A program made the translations under genes and the position numbers. Shown here in pieces: positions 8,448-16,108 of a stretch of 45,941 bases of DNA. The notes below the pieces were generated by a model. That model made no database searches. It was not told where the DNA came from and worked only from the letters and a program-made list of their open reading frames with translations. The stretch lies in contig JAMOPO010000026.1 of assembly GCA_027064425.1 (NCBI GenBank), positions 1 through 45,941 of the forward strand. Reading direction: 5' to 3'. This DNA is from Methanobacteriota archaeon (GTDB taxonomy: Archaea > JAADCQ01 > Methanopyri > Methanopyrales > Methanopyraceae). Each line of letters begins with the position of its first letter. Position 1 is the stretch's first letter.

Positions 8448-8467
8448 CGCCGACAGAGGTGGTCCGC

Positions 8468-9184
8468 ATGGGCGTCTTCGAGGAGCTGCGCGAGCGCTCC
8501 CCCTGCCACCTCACCCTCCTCGACCCGGTGGACGTCGAGCCCGAGGAGGTCGAGCACGCCCTGGAACCGGTGCTCGAGGCCGGCACGGACGCGATCCTGG
8601 TCGGCGGCTCCACCGCCCACTCCAGCCAGGTCGAGGCCGTCGTGAGCGCGGTCAAGGACGTGACCGACCGGCCGGTGATACTCTTCCCCAACGGCCCCGA
8701 GGGGCTCGCCCCCAACGCGGACGCCGTTCTTTTCATGAGCCTGCTTAACTCCCGGAGCACGTACTACCTGATCGAGGCCCAGGTCAAGGGCGCTCCCCTC
8801 GTCGAGGAGTTCGGGCTCGAGAGCATCCCGACCGGTTACCTGGTTCTGGGCGAGTGGGGCACGAGCGTCTCCGTCGTGGGCGACGCCCGGGTGCTCCCCT
8901 TCGACCGGCCCGAGCTGATCGTCGCCCACGCGCTCGCCGCCAAGCACCTCGGCATGCGCGCCGTGTACCTGGAGGCGGGGAGCGGCGCCCCCGAGCCCGT
9001 CCCGCCCGAGATCGTGGAGCGCGTCTCCGAGATCGGACTGTTCACCATCGTCGGCGGCGGGATCCGTGACCCCGACACGGCCCGCGAGCTCGTCCGTGCG
9101 GGCGCGGACGCGATCGTCACCGGCACGGCCGTCGAGGAGGACCCGACGCTCGCCGCCCGGATCGCCGAGGCCGTCAAGTCCTAG
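8468..9184 (+). CDS. geranylgeranylglyceryl phosphate synthase
   Basis: HLTLLDP, TDAILVGGS, VILFP, LFMSLLNSR, YLEAGSGA, VGGGIR and GADAIVTGT motifs. Confidence 0.95.
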   Translation: MGVFEELRERSPCHLTLLDPVDVEPEEVEHALEPVLEAGTDAILVGGSTAHSSQVEAVVSAVKDVTDRPVILFPNGPEGLAPNADAVLFMSLLNSRSTYYLIEAQVKGAPLVEEFGLESIPTGYLVLGEWGTSVSVVGDARVLPFDRPELIVAHALAAKHLGMRAVYLEAGSGAPEPVPPEIVERVSEIGLFTIVGGGIRDPDTARELVRAGADAIVTGTAVEEDPTLAARIAEAVKS

Positions 9185-9193
9185 GGGAGCACC

Positions 9194-9868
9194 ATGCGCG
9201 CCGCCGCACTCCTCAGCGGCGGCAAGGACTCCACCCTCGCCGCCCACCTCGCCGCCGAGCAGGGCTACGAGCTAGCCTACGGCCTCACCGTCGTCCCCTC
9301 CGACCCCGAGAGCATGACGTTCCACGTGCCGAACGCGGACCTCGGCACCCTCGTCGCCGAGGCGATGGGCCTCGAGCCGGTGAAGGTGCGCTCCGGCCGG
9401 GACGACGACGCCGACATCGAGGAAATGACCCGCGTCCTCGAGAAGCTCGACGTGGACGCCCTCGTCTCCGGCGCGATCGCCTCCCGGTACCAGAAGGAGC
9501 GCTTCGACCGAGTCTGCGAGGAGCTCGGGATCGAGCACGTCCACCCGCTCTGGAACATGGATCCCTTCGAGGAGCTCGAGCTCCTCCTCGAGCTCGGCTT
9601 CGAGGTCATCATCGTCGCCGTCTCCGCCGCCGGCATGGACGAGTCCTGGCTCGGCCGGCGCCTCGACGAGAGCGCCATCCGCGACCTCCGCCGCCTCCAC
9701 GAGCGCTACCGCGTCCACCCCGCCGGCGAGGGCGGCGAGTACGAGACCCTAGTCCTCGACGCCCCCCTCTTCCGCAAGCGCCTCGTCATCGAGCGCGCCG
9801 TCAAGCGCTGGGAGGGAGACTCCGGCCACCTGGAGATCCGCGAGCTGCGCACGGAACCCAAGGACTAG
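9194..9868 (+). CDS. diphthine--ammonia ligase family (Dph6-like PP-loop ATPase)
   Basis: LLSGGKDS, SMTFH, GAIASRYQ and HPAGEGGEYETLVLDAP motifs. Confidence 0.9.
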   Translation: MRAAALLSGGKDSTLAAHLAAEQGYELAYGLTVVPSDPESMTFHVPNADLGTLVAEAMGLEPVKVRSGRDDDADIEEMTRVLEKLDVDALVSGAIASRYQKERFDRVCEELGIEHVHPLWNMDPFEELELLLELGFEVIIVAVSAAGMDESWLGRRLDESAIRDLRRLHERYRVHPAGEGGEYETLVLDAPLFRKRLVIERAVKRWEGDSGHLEIRELRTEPKD

Positions 9869-9947
9869 CCCCACCGGTGCGGAGCGGCCGCCCGAGACCG
9901 GTGCAGCTTTAACCGGTTAACTTTCCGGTTGCAAGGGGGTGCCTCCG

Positions 9948-11174
9948 TTGGGCAAGAAGGGCGGCAAGGATGACGAGCGTCACGATGACCACCACGACCA
10001 CCACGAGCGGGAGGACGACCAACCGGGCGACGACCACCACGGCGACCACGGTCAGGACCCGCAGCGGGACCACCCGGAACAGGATCTAGAGCATGACCTC
10101 CGAGACCTCGGCTCCCACAACGATCACGGGCACGATCACGACCACGGGCACGACCACGGCGAGCCCCAGCTCGACCTCGACTCGGACCACGACTCGAAGG
10201 CCGACCAGCCCGACGACGCCTCGGCCGGTCTGCCCGAGGACCCGTTCCGGGACCACGGTCGGGATCACGGCGAGGACCACGACCGGGCCCTCCACGACGC
10301 GTCGTCGGCGGGCGGGGACGACCACGGGTCTGGAGGCGACCCGGGCGACTGGCTGGACGAGCAGCTCAAGAGGTCGGGCTCGGCCGGCGACTCGTCCGGC
10401 GGTCCCGACGTGGGCTCGGACCTGCTCCAAAAGTCCGGGACCGAGGCCTCATCGTCCGGTGGAGGCTCCGGCGGGGACTCGGGGGGCGGAGACTCGGGCG
10501 GGGACGTGACGCCGGAGCCGGACGGCTCCGAGCCGCCGGAGATCGACGTGGACTGGACGAAGATCAACGTGTCCCAGGACGTCTCCGACACCGACGTGGA
10601 CATCACCAGCGTCAACGTCAGCGACAACGACGTGGACGTGGACGCCGACAGCTCGGTGAGCGTGGAGGACAACGACGTGAACGTGGTCGACTCGGACGTG
10701 AGCATCGACGCGGACGGGCCCATCGAGCTGGGTCCCAGCGACGACCCGTACCTCGTGATCGACCCGAGCGACGGGGTGCTGGAGATCAACGTGTTCGATG
10801 ACCCGATCTCGATCTCGGTCGGTGACACGGTGATCAACCAGCTGATCAGCGTCGTGAGCTGGCTGGAGGTACGGGTCGACTCCGGCGCCCTGCCCGAGGG
10901 TGTGGACCCGAGCAGCCTGCTGGACCTACTGTACCGGCTGCTGGCCTACCTGCTCGGCGTCTTCCACGAGGTCGCCCCGCTAAGCGCCATCATCGGCCTG
11001 TTCCAGCGGATCGCCGCCTACGTGCTCGAGGGAAGCCTCACGGTGTCCGTGGTGGAGCAGATCCTCCAGGTCCTGCAGACGGCGACCAGCCCGCTCACCG
11101 CCGCCCTGCAGCTGAAGACGATCCTAGCCGATGCGGGGATCTCGCTGGGCAGCCTCCTCGGCGGCCTCCTCTAA
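9948..11174 (+). CDS. orphan His/Asp-rich acidic protein
   Basis: Open frame of about 408 aa after a GGGGGTG RBS (TTG start). HD-rich N-terminus, Gly/Ser linker, V/D/S/N alternating segment, hydrophobic helical C-terminus. Confidence 0.75.
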   Translation: MGKKGGKDDERHDDHHDHHEREDDQPGDDHHGDHGQDPQRDHPEQDLEHDLRDLGSHNDHGHDHDHGHDHGEPQLDLDSDHDSKADQPDDASAGLPEDPFRDHGRDHGEDHDRALHDASSAGGDDHGSGGDPGDWLDEQLKRSGSAGDSSGGPDVGSDLLQKSGTEASSSGGGSGGDSGGGDSGGDVTPEPDGSEPPEIDVDWTKINVSQDVSDTDVDITSVNVSDNDVDVDADSSVSVEDNDVNVVDSDVSIDADGPIELGPSDDPYLVIDPSDGVLEINVFDDPISISVGDTVINQLISVVSWLEVRVDSGALPEGVDPSSLLDLLYRLLAYLLGVFHEVAPLSAIIGLFQRIAAYVLEGSLTVSVVEQILQVLQTATSPLTAALQLKTILADAGISLGSLLGGLL

Positions 11175-11182
11175 CCCGCCCC

Positions 11183-11247
11183 GCGATGATCGGACTGAGC
11201 TATGGCGAGCGCCGCCGGCGCGATGAGCGAGGACACGGGGGTGAGCG
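11183..11247 (+). ncRNA. candidate box C/D sRNA (tRNA D-arm guide)
   Basis: C GCGAUGA, guide UCGGACUGAGCUAUG, D' GCGA, GC hairpin, C' GCGAUGA, 14-nt guide, D GUGA. Boxes are degenerate. Confidence 0.5.
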
Positions 11248-11250
11248 CGT

Positions 11251-11271
11251 CTAACGTAAACGAAACGAAAA
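11251..11271 (-). terminator. U-rich terminator-like tract downstream of the 11308-11874 gene
   Basis: Minus strand reads TTTTCGTTTCGTTTACGTTAG, a rare T-rich run in this GC-rich DNA. Confidence 0.4.
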
Positions 11272-11307
11272 GCCCGGGGAGCGCACCTCCGACCCTCCCA
11301 GCCCCGC

Positions 11308-11874
11308 CTACCTCCCGTACCACCGCTCGCGCAGCCTCAAGGACAGGTACGGGCGCCAGCGCCCGAGCACACGGCCCAGCTTCCTCCTCAACCGTCCCGG
11401 CAGCTCCGACAGCACGTCCTCCAGCCCCTCCCGCGACTCCTCGAACTTCTCCCCGAACAGCAGCGCATCCTCCACGCGCAGCGCGATCGAGAACGCGAGC
11501 CCCGACGCCGACTCCTTCAGCCCCTCCTCCACCACCTCGCGCACGACGGACCGCACGGCCGACACGACCCGGCCGATCAACCGCCGGAACTCCGACTCCG
11601 AGAGCCCACGCAGCCACCGCACGAACTCGATCGCCCACTCGTTCCGGCCGAGGTAGATCGTCCGACCCCGATTGAACCGGGAGTCCCTCCTCCAACGGGC
11701 CACGTAGTACGGCCCGTACTTCTTCTTCCGACCGTTCACGCGGCGGACCCGGTACGTCCTCTCAAGGCTCGGCGGCTTGCCCCGCCGCGCGCACTCCAGC
11801 AGGATCTTCGTCAGCCGGACCTTCTCCTCGGGCTCCGGCGGGAAGAACATCCGACCCGGGTCGAACCTGGGCAC
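11308..11874 (-). CDS. basic orphan protein with KYGPYYVARWRR...GRTIYLG motif (recalled as Methanopyrus-specific DUF1678-like); start GTG 11874 or ATG 11850
   Basis: Arg/Lys-rich N-terminal half and helical C-terminal half; TTTAAA elements upstream at about 11877 and 11958. Confidence 0.75.
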   Translation of the reverse strand: MPRFDPGRMFFPPEPEEKVRLTKILLECARRGKPPSLERTYRVRRVNGRKKKYGPYYVARWRRDSRFNRGRTIYLGRNEWAIEFVRWLRGLSESEFRRLIGRVVSAVRSVVREVVEEGLKESASGLAFSIALRVEDALLFGEKFEESREGLEDVLSELPGRLRRKLGRVLGRWRPYLSLRLRERWYGR

Positions 11875-11989
11875 GCTTTAAACCCCCGGACCGGTCCGTC
11901 CCCCCACGCGGCCCCACATAACGCTTGCCCTCACCCCCCACACAACGTCCGGCCCGATTTAAAAAGCCCGATGCGACTTCGACAAGAGC

Positions 11990-12296
11990 ATCTATGCATA
12001 ATCCATGCATTGAGGTCGCTGGATCGTGCGTAATCGCTCATACCCACGACGCAACCTGGGCCCCTTAACCGTGCATTTGCTGACCACTGCCTACCGACTA
12101 TCTATGCATTATCTACGTATCATCCGTGCATCCAGGCCCGGCCCCGCACAACCGCCGGCCGCGGCCCCGGGTCCGGGGTAATACTGTATGCGCATGATCT
12201 ACGTACTAACCTTCCAGGACCATGCGTAGATCGTACCTCCGCAGGGCGCACTGCATGCGCACTATCATCGCGTGCTGTACGAACGATCCGTGCAAT
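11990..12296. repeat. AT-rich array of ATCYRYGYAT repeats with 11-bp tandem period
   Basis: Copies at 11990, 12001, 12067 (variant), 12100, 12111, 12122, 12197 and 12286, plus an inverted copy at 12222-12231. Confidence 0.8.
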
Positions 12297-12334
12297 CCGG
12301 GAATTTATTAAGCGGGCCGGGGGCTCCGACACGG

Positions 12335-12399
12335 GGGCGGATGAGCGGGCTGAACTCGGCCGAGGGTCTCGATGAGGAGGGGACCACGGGGCGACGCCC
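12335..12399 (+). ncRNA. candidate box C/D sRNA
   Basis: Terminal stem GGGCG/CGCCC enclosing C GGAUGA, guide, D' CCGA, C' CGAUGA, guide, D GCGA; TATA-like ATTTATTAA at 12303-12311. Confidence 0.55.
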
Positions 12400-12411
12400 G
12401 CGGTAACCCGT

Positions 12412-12479
12412 CGGGATGATGATCGCTCCCGATACGGTTTCCCGCAGACTGGTGACGAGTGCGGGACCCATCTGACCCG
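12412..12479 (+). ncRNA. candidate box C/D sRNA
   Basis: Terminal stem CGGG/CCCG; canonical C AUGAUGA (12416-12422), D' CAGA, C' GUGACGA, 13-nt guide, canonical D CUGA (12472-12475). Confidence 0.75.
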
Positions 12480-12511
12480 GGGGGTTCCCCCTGCTCCCGC
12501 TCCCGCTCCTG

Positions 12512-13858
12512 GTGCTTCTTTGCCCGGCCCCGGCCGCCGCCGACGTGACCGTGGACGTGGTTCCCTACGTTGACAGCGACGCGTGGTCGAAGGAGCACGT
12601 GAAGGCGCTGGAGGACTTCCTGCGGTGGTGCGAGGAGCGCGGGATCAGGGCCGCGATCTTCCACTACAACCTCTGCGAGCGCACGGCGCCCGGGATCACC
12701 GAGGTGATCCGAGGGTTCGCGGACCGGGGCGTGCTCACGGTCGTCGGCCTGCACTCCGCCTCGCACGCGATGGGCGGGCTGCCGCTCGCGATCCAGTACT
12801 GGGAGCTCGCGGTGAACCGCGACTTTCTGGAAAAGAAAGTGGGCCGCGCGGACCCCGTGCTCTCGGTCCCGTACTGGGTCCTGGACGTGAACACGCTGCG
12901 GGCGTGCGCGATGGCGGGCGTCCGGATCCTCGTGGACGGGAACGACCCGGCGGGGATGGGGCCGGAGCCGGGCGAGTGGTCGTCGATTCCGGGGCTATCG
13001 CGGCGGCTGGTCGTGGGCCGGTGGGACGTGGACGGGGTGCGGCTGTACCGGCTGCCCGCGGTGGCGTGGTCGGACCTTTGGGAGGAGGGGTCGACGGTGG
13101 ACGAGGCCTGCAGGCGGCTTCAGCGGGCGGTGTCGGGGTTGGTGGACGGGGGCTGGTGCCGGGAGGGTCGGGTGACGGTGTGGGTCCTGGTGCACCCGTG
13201 GGAGCTGGCGCGGCGGGAGTTCCTGCGGTCGTTTGAGGAGTTCCTGGACCGGGTCCGGTCGGGGAGGCTGGACTTCGAGCACGGCGGCGTCCGGGTGCGG
13301 TTCCGGCTGGCGGACCCGAGGGAGGTGGTGGAGCGGGTGGAGGAGTACGTGGCGCGCCCGCTGCCGAGGCCGGACCTGCCGTGGATCCTGCGGGCGGAGG
13401 GGTTCCCGGATCCCGGGCGGCTGCGGGCGGAGCTGCTGAAGGAGGCGTCGGAGGGGAGGGAGGACGCGGTGAGGGGGCTGCGGGTGCTGGAGATTTGGGA
13501 GCGGTGCATGCAGATCCTGTGGGGTGTAGACGGCGAGCTGCTGGCGCTGACGCGGGCCGGGAAGGTCACCCGTAGGCTCCGGGAGCTGGTTGAGAAGGTG
13601 GTCTCAGTGATCTGGAACGACGTGGGCGTGTACTCGGCGATCCGGGAGTGGAGGGACCTCGACGCGGCCCTGACGTTCGCGCGGCGGATGCTCGCGGACG
13701 TGATGGAGCTGGCGGGGGCCGTCGAGTCGGCCTACGCGGAGTTGGTGGCGTCATCCGGGAGGAAAGGTGGGCGGCGCCCCGTGGCCGCCGTTCCGACCCC
13801 GATTCCTCGCCCGCGGTCAGGAGAGGACGAGGAGGGCGGCGACGACCTGTCCGAGTGA
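12512..13858 (+). CDS. probable secreted polysaccharide deacetylase-like (NodB/CE4) protein; true start may be CTG at 12491
   Basis: Signal-peptide-like LLVLLCPAPAAA; VGLHSASH (HxxxH), SVPYW and VLVHPWE motifs; Pro/Arg-rich tail; 3' end overlaps hypF by 42 bp. Confidence 0.7.
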   Translation: MLLCPAPAAADVTVDVVPYVDSDAWSKEHVKALEDFLRWCEERGIRAAIFHYNLCERTAPGITEVIRGFADRGVLTVVGLHSASHAMGGLPLAIQYWELAVNRDFLEKKVGRADPVLSVPYWVLDVNTLRACAMAGVRILVDGNDPAGMGPEPGEWSSIPGLSRRLVVGRWDVDGVRLYRLPAVAWSDLWEEGSTVDEACRRLQRAVSGLVDGGWCREGRVTVWVLVHPWELARREFLRSFEEFLDRVRSGRLDFEHGGVRVRFRLADPREVVERVEEYVARPLPRPDLPWILRAEGFPDPGRLRAELLKEASEGREDAVRGLRVLEIWERCMQILWGVDGELLALTRAGKVTRRLRELVEKVVSVIWNDVGVYSAIREWRDLDAALTFARRMLADVMELAGAVESAYAELVASSGRKGGRRPVAAVPTPIPRPRSGEDEEGGDDLSE

Positions 13859-16108
13859 GAGCCCGCCGTCTCCGGCCGGCACCTCGTGGTGCTCTTTGAG
13901 CCCCGGGACGCGCCGGCGGAGCTCGAGCGTGATGATCTCGTTGTTCATCACGCCGCCGGAGGCGAGCACGGGCTCGTCGTCGCGGTGCTCCTCGATGAGC
14001 CGGGCGAAGCCGCGGGCGAGGGCCAGGTGGGCGGTGAGGGCGTAGGCCCGGTTCCCGGTCTCCGCGGCGCGGGCGACGACCTCGGAGACGTCGAGCCGGT
14101 CTCCCTTCACCTCGACTTGTGGATCGGGCGCCTCCCGGACGCGGGCCGCGACGGCCTCGAGCTTCATGGCGGGCTCCCCCTCGTACGTGCGCCTGTAGCA
14201 GACGCCCAGGGCGGCGCTGACCGCGTCGAGGAAGCGCCCGGCGCTGGTGGTGTGCAGCTGGGGTCGCTCGAGCTGCGCGAGGAGCACCTCCAGCTCTCGC
14301 TCCCCGTGCTTGAGCGCGTCCGGGTGCTCGCGGAGGTGTCGCCTCAGGAGCTCTCGGATCTCCTCCGGGTCGCGGTCGGCGGCGTGCAGGTGGGCGGCGG
14401 TCATCCGCAGCGGGTGGTACGTGGCCGCGTCGCCGCCGGGCATGGGGACGGGCTCGAGGTGAGCCAGGCGCTCGTAGTCCTCGCCCTCGAGCAGGAGCAG
14501 CTCGCCTCCCCAGGCGTTTCCATCCTCGCCATACCCGTATCCGTCCATCACGAGGGCTAGGGCGGGCTCCTCGGCGGGGTTGAGCCCGTGCTCGGCGGCG
14601 CAGGCGAGGGCGTGGGCGTGGTGGTGTTGGACGCGGATCAGCTCCAGATCGTGCTCCTCGGCCCAGCGCCGGGCGAGCTGGGTGGTGGGGAAGTTGGGGT
14701 GCAGGTCGCAGGCGACGGCGTCCACGTCCTTCCAGTCGAGGCGCAGGAGTCGCATCAGGTGCTCCACGGCCCGCTGGAGGAAGTCCAGGGTCGGCGCGTG
14801 GCCGGTGTTGCCGATGTGCTGGCTGAGGTAGGCCTTGCCGCGGTGCAGGATGCAGGCGGTCACGTCCAGCTCGGGTCCCACGGCGACGATGGTGAGGTCC
14901 TCTGGAGCCCAGTCGAGCTCGATGGGCTCGGGCACGTACCCACGGGAGCGGCGTAGGGGGCGGGGCCTGCCTCCCACCACGCGGACGACGGAGTCGTCGC
15001 AGCGGGCCGCGATCCGGCGGTCGTGGACGAGGAAGTAGTCGGCGACGTCGCGGAGCCGCCGGAGGGCGTCCTCGTTCCGGATGGCCATAGGCTCGCCGGG
15101 CGGGTTGGCGGAGGTCATGACGATGGCGGGCTCGTCGAGGAACTTGCGGAACATGATGTGGTGGAGGCCGGCGTAGGGCAGCATGACGCCGATCGTGTGG
15201 AGGCCCGGTGCCACGAGGTCGGAGAGTGGAAACGGCTCGCGCTTCGGGAGCACGACGATGGGGCGGATGGGACTTCTCAGCAGCTCCTCGGCCGCCTCGT
15301 CCACGCGGGCGAAGGTGCGGACGTCCTCGAGGGAGCCGGACATGACGGCGAAGGGCTGCTGGGGACGGCCCAGCCGCTCCCGGAGGCGGCGCACCGGCTC
15401 GTCCTCCGTGGTCTTGCACGCCAGGTGGAAGCCACCGATCCCCTTGATCGCGACGATCTCGCCCTCCTCGATGGCTCGGCAGGCCTCGCGGATCGCGGCC
15501 AGCTCGTCGTCCTCGACGACCTCGCCCTCGGCGTCGAGCAGCCGGTAGCGCGGCCCGCACCTCGGGCAGCAGGCGACCTGAGCGTGGTACCGCCGGTCCT
15601 CGGGGTCCTCGTACTCGCGGCGGCACTCTCTGCACAGCGGGAAGTCGGCCATGGTGGTGTTCTCGCGGTCGTACGGGATCCCCTCGATGATCGTGAACCT
15701 GGGACCGCAGTTGGTGCAGCCGGTGAACGGGTACAGGTAGCGCCGGTTGTCGGGGTCGAAGATCTCGCGGAGGCAGTCCTCGCAGACGGGGGCGTCCGGC
15801 GGGATCTGGAGCTCGACCTCCTCGCGCTCCTCGCTCTCCTCGATGCGGAACCCGGAGCCGGGCTCGATCTCCTCCTCACAGGGCTCGATGCGGACCTCTC
15901 GGACGCGGGCCAGGGGTGGGTGCTCGCGCTGGAGTCGTCGGGCGAGCTCCTCGGCCCGCTCCCGGTCCGCTCGGACGACGATCTCGACCTCGGAGCCGAG
16001 GTTCCTGACGTACCCGTCGAGCCCCATCTCGGTGCACAGTCGGTACACGAAGGGCCGGAACCCGACGCCCTGGACGATGCCCCGGACGATCAGCCGCCAA
16101 GTGCTCAT
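13817..16108 (-). CDS. hypF: [NiFe]-hydrogenase maturation carbamoyltransferase HypF
   Basis: VRGIVQGVGFRPF acylphosphatase domain, two CxxC Zn fingers, AIKGIGGFHL, VQHHHAH, DGYGYG and GDGGLSLGQ. Confidence 0.98.
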   Translation of the reverse strand: MSTWRLIVRGIVQGVGFRPFVYRLCTEMGLDGYVRNLGSEVEIVVRADRERAEELARRLQREHPPLARVREVRIEPCEEEIEPGSGFRIEESEEREEVELQIPPDAPVCEDCLREIFDPDNRRYLYPFTGCTNCGPRFTIIEGIPYDRENTTMADFPLCRECRREYEDPEDRRYHAQVACCPRCGPRYRLLDAEGEVVEDDELAAIREACRAIEEGEIVAIKGIGGFHLACKTTEDEPVRRLRERLGRPQQPFAVMSGSLEDVRTFARVDEAAEELLRSPIRPIVVLPKREPFPLSDLVAPGLHTIGVMLPYAGLHHIMFRKFLDEPAIVMTSANPPGEPMAIRNEDALRRLRDVADYFLVHDRRIAARCDDSVVRVVGGRPRPLRRSRGYVPEPIELDWAPEDLTIVAVGPELDVTACILHRGKAYLSQHIGNTGHAPTLDFLQRAVEHLMRLLRLDWKDVDAVACDLHPNFPTTQLARRWAEEHDLELIRVQHHHAHALACAAEHGLNPAEEPALALVMDGYGYGEDGNAWGGELLLLEGEDYERLAHLEPVPMPGGDAATYHPLRMTAAHLHAADRDPEEIRELLRRHLREHPDALKHGERELEVLLAQLERPQLHTTSAGRFLDAVSAALGVCYRRTYEGEPAMKLEAVAARVREAPDPQVEVKGDRLDVSEVVARAAETGNRAYALTAHLALARGFARLIEEHRDDEPVLASGGVMNNEIITLELRRRVPGLKEHHEVPAGDGGLSLGQVVAALLVLS

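Noticed and set aside
10093-10509. Thr-rich mucin-like ORF overlapping the His/Asp protein
   Set aside because: An alternative-frame reading of the GAC/CAC repeats with no RBS or signal peptide; the His/Asp frame is the continuous one.
11268-11970. Classical IS element
   Set aside because: No DDE, HUH, or serine/tyrosine recombinase motifs and no terminal inverted repeats seen. The 9-bp direct repeat may be chance, so it is kept only as part of a hypothesis.
11990-12296. CRISPR array or canonical ORB origin
   Set aside because: Repeats are only 10-11 bp, degenerate and abutting, with no spacers. No cas or orc1/cdc6 gene and no ORB consensus in the window.
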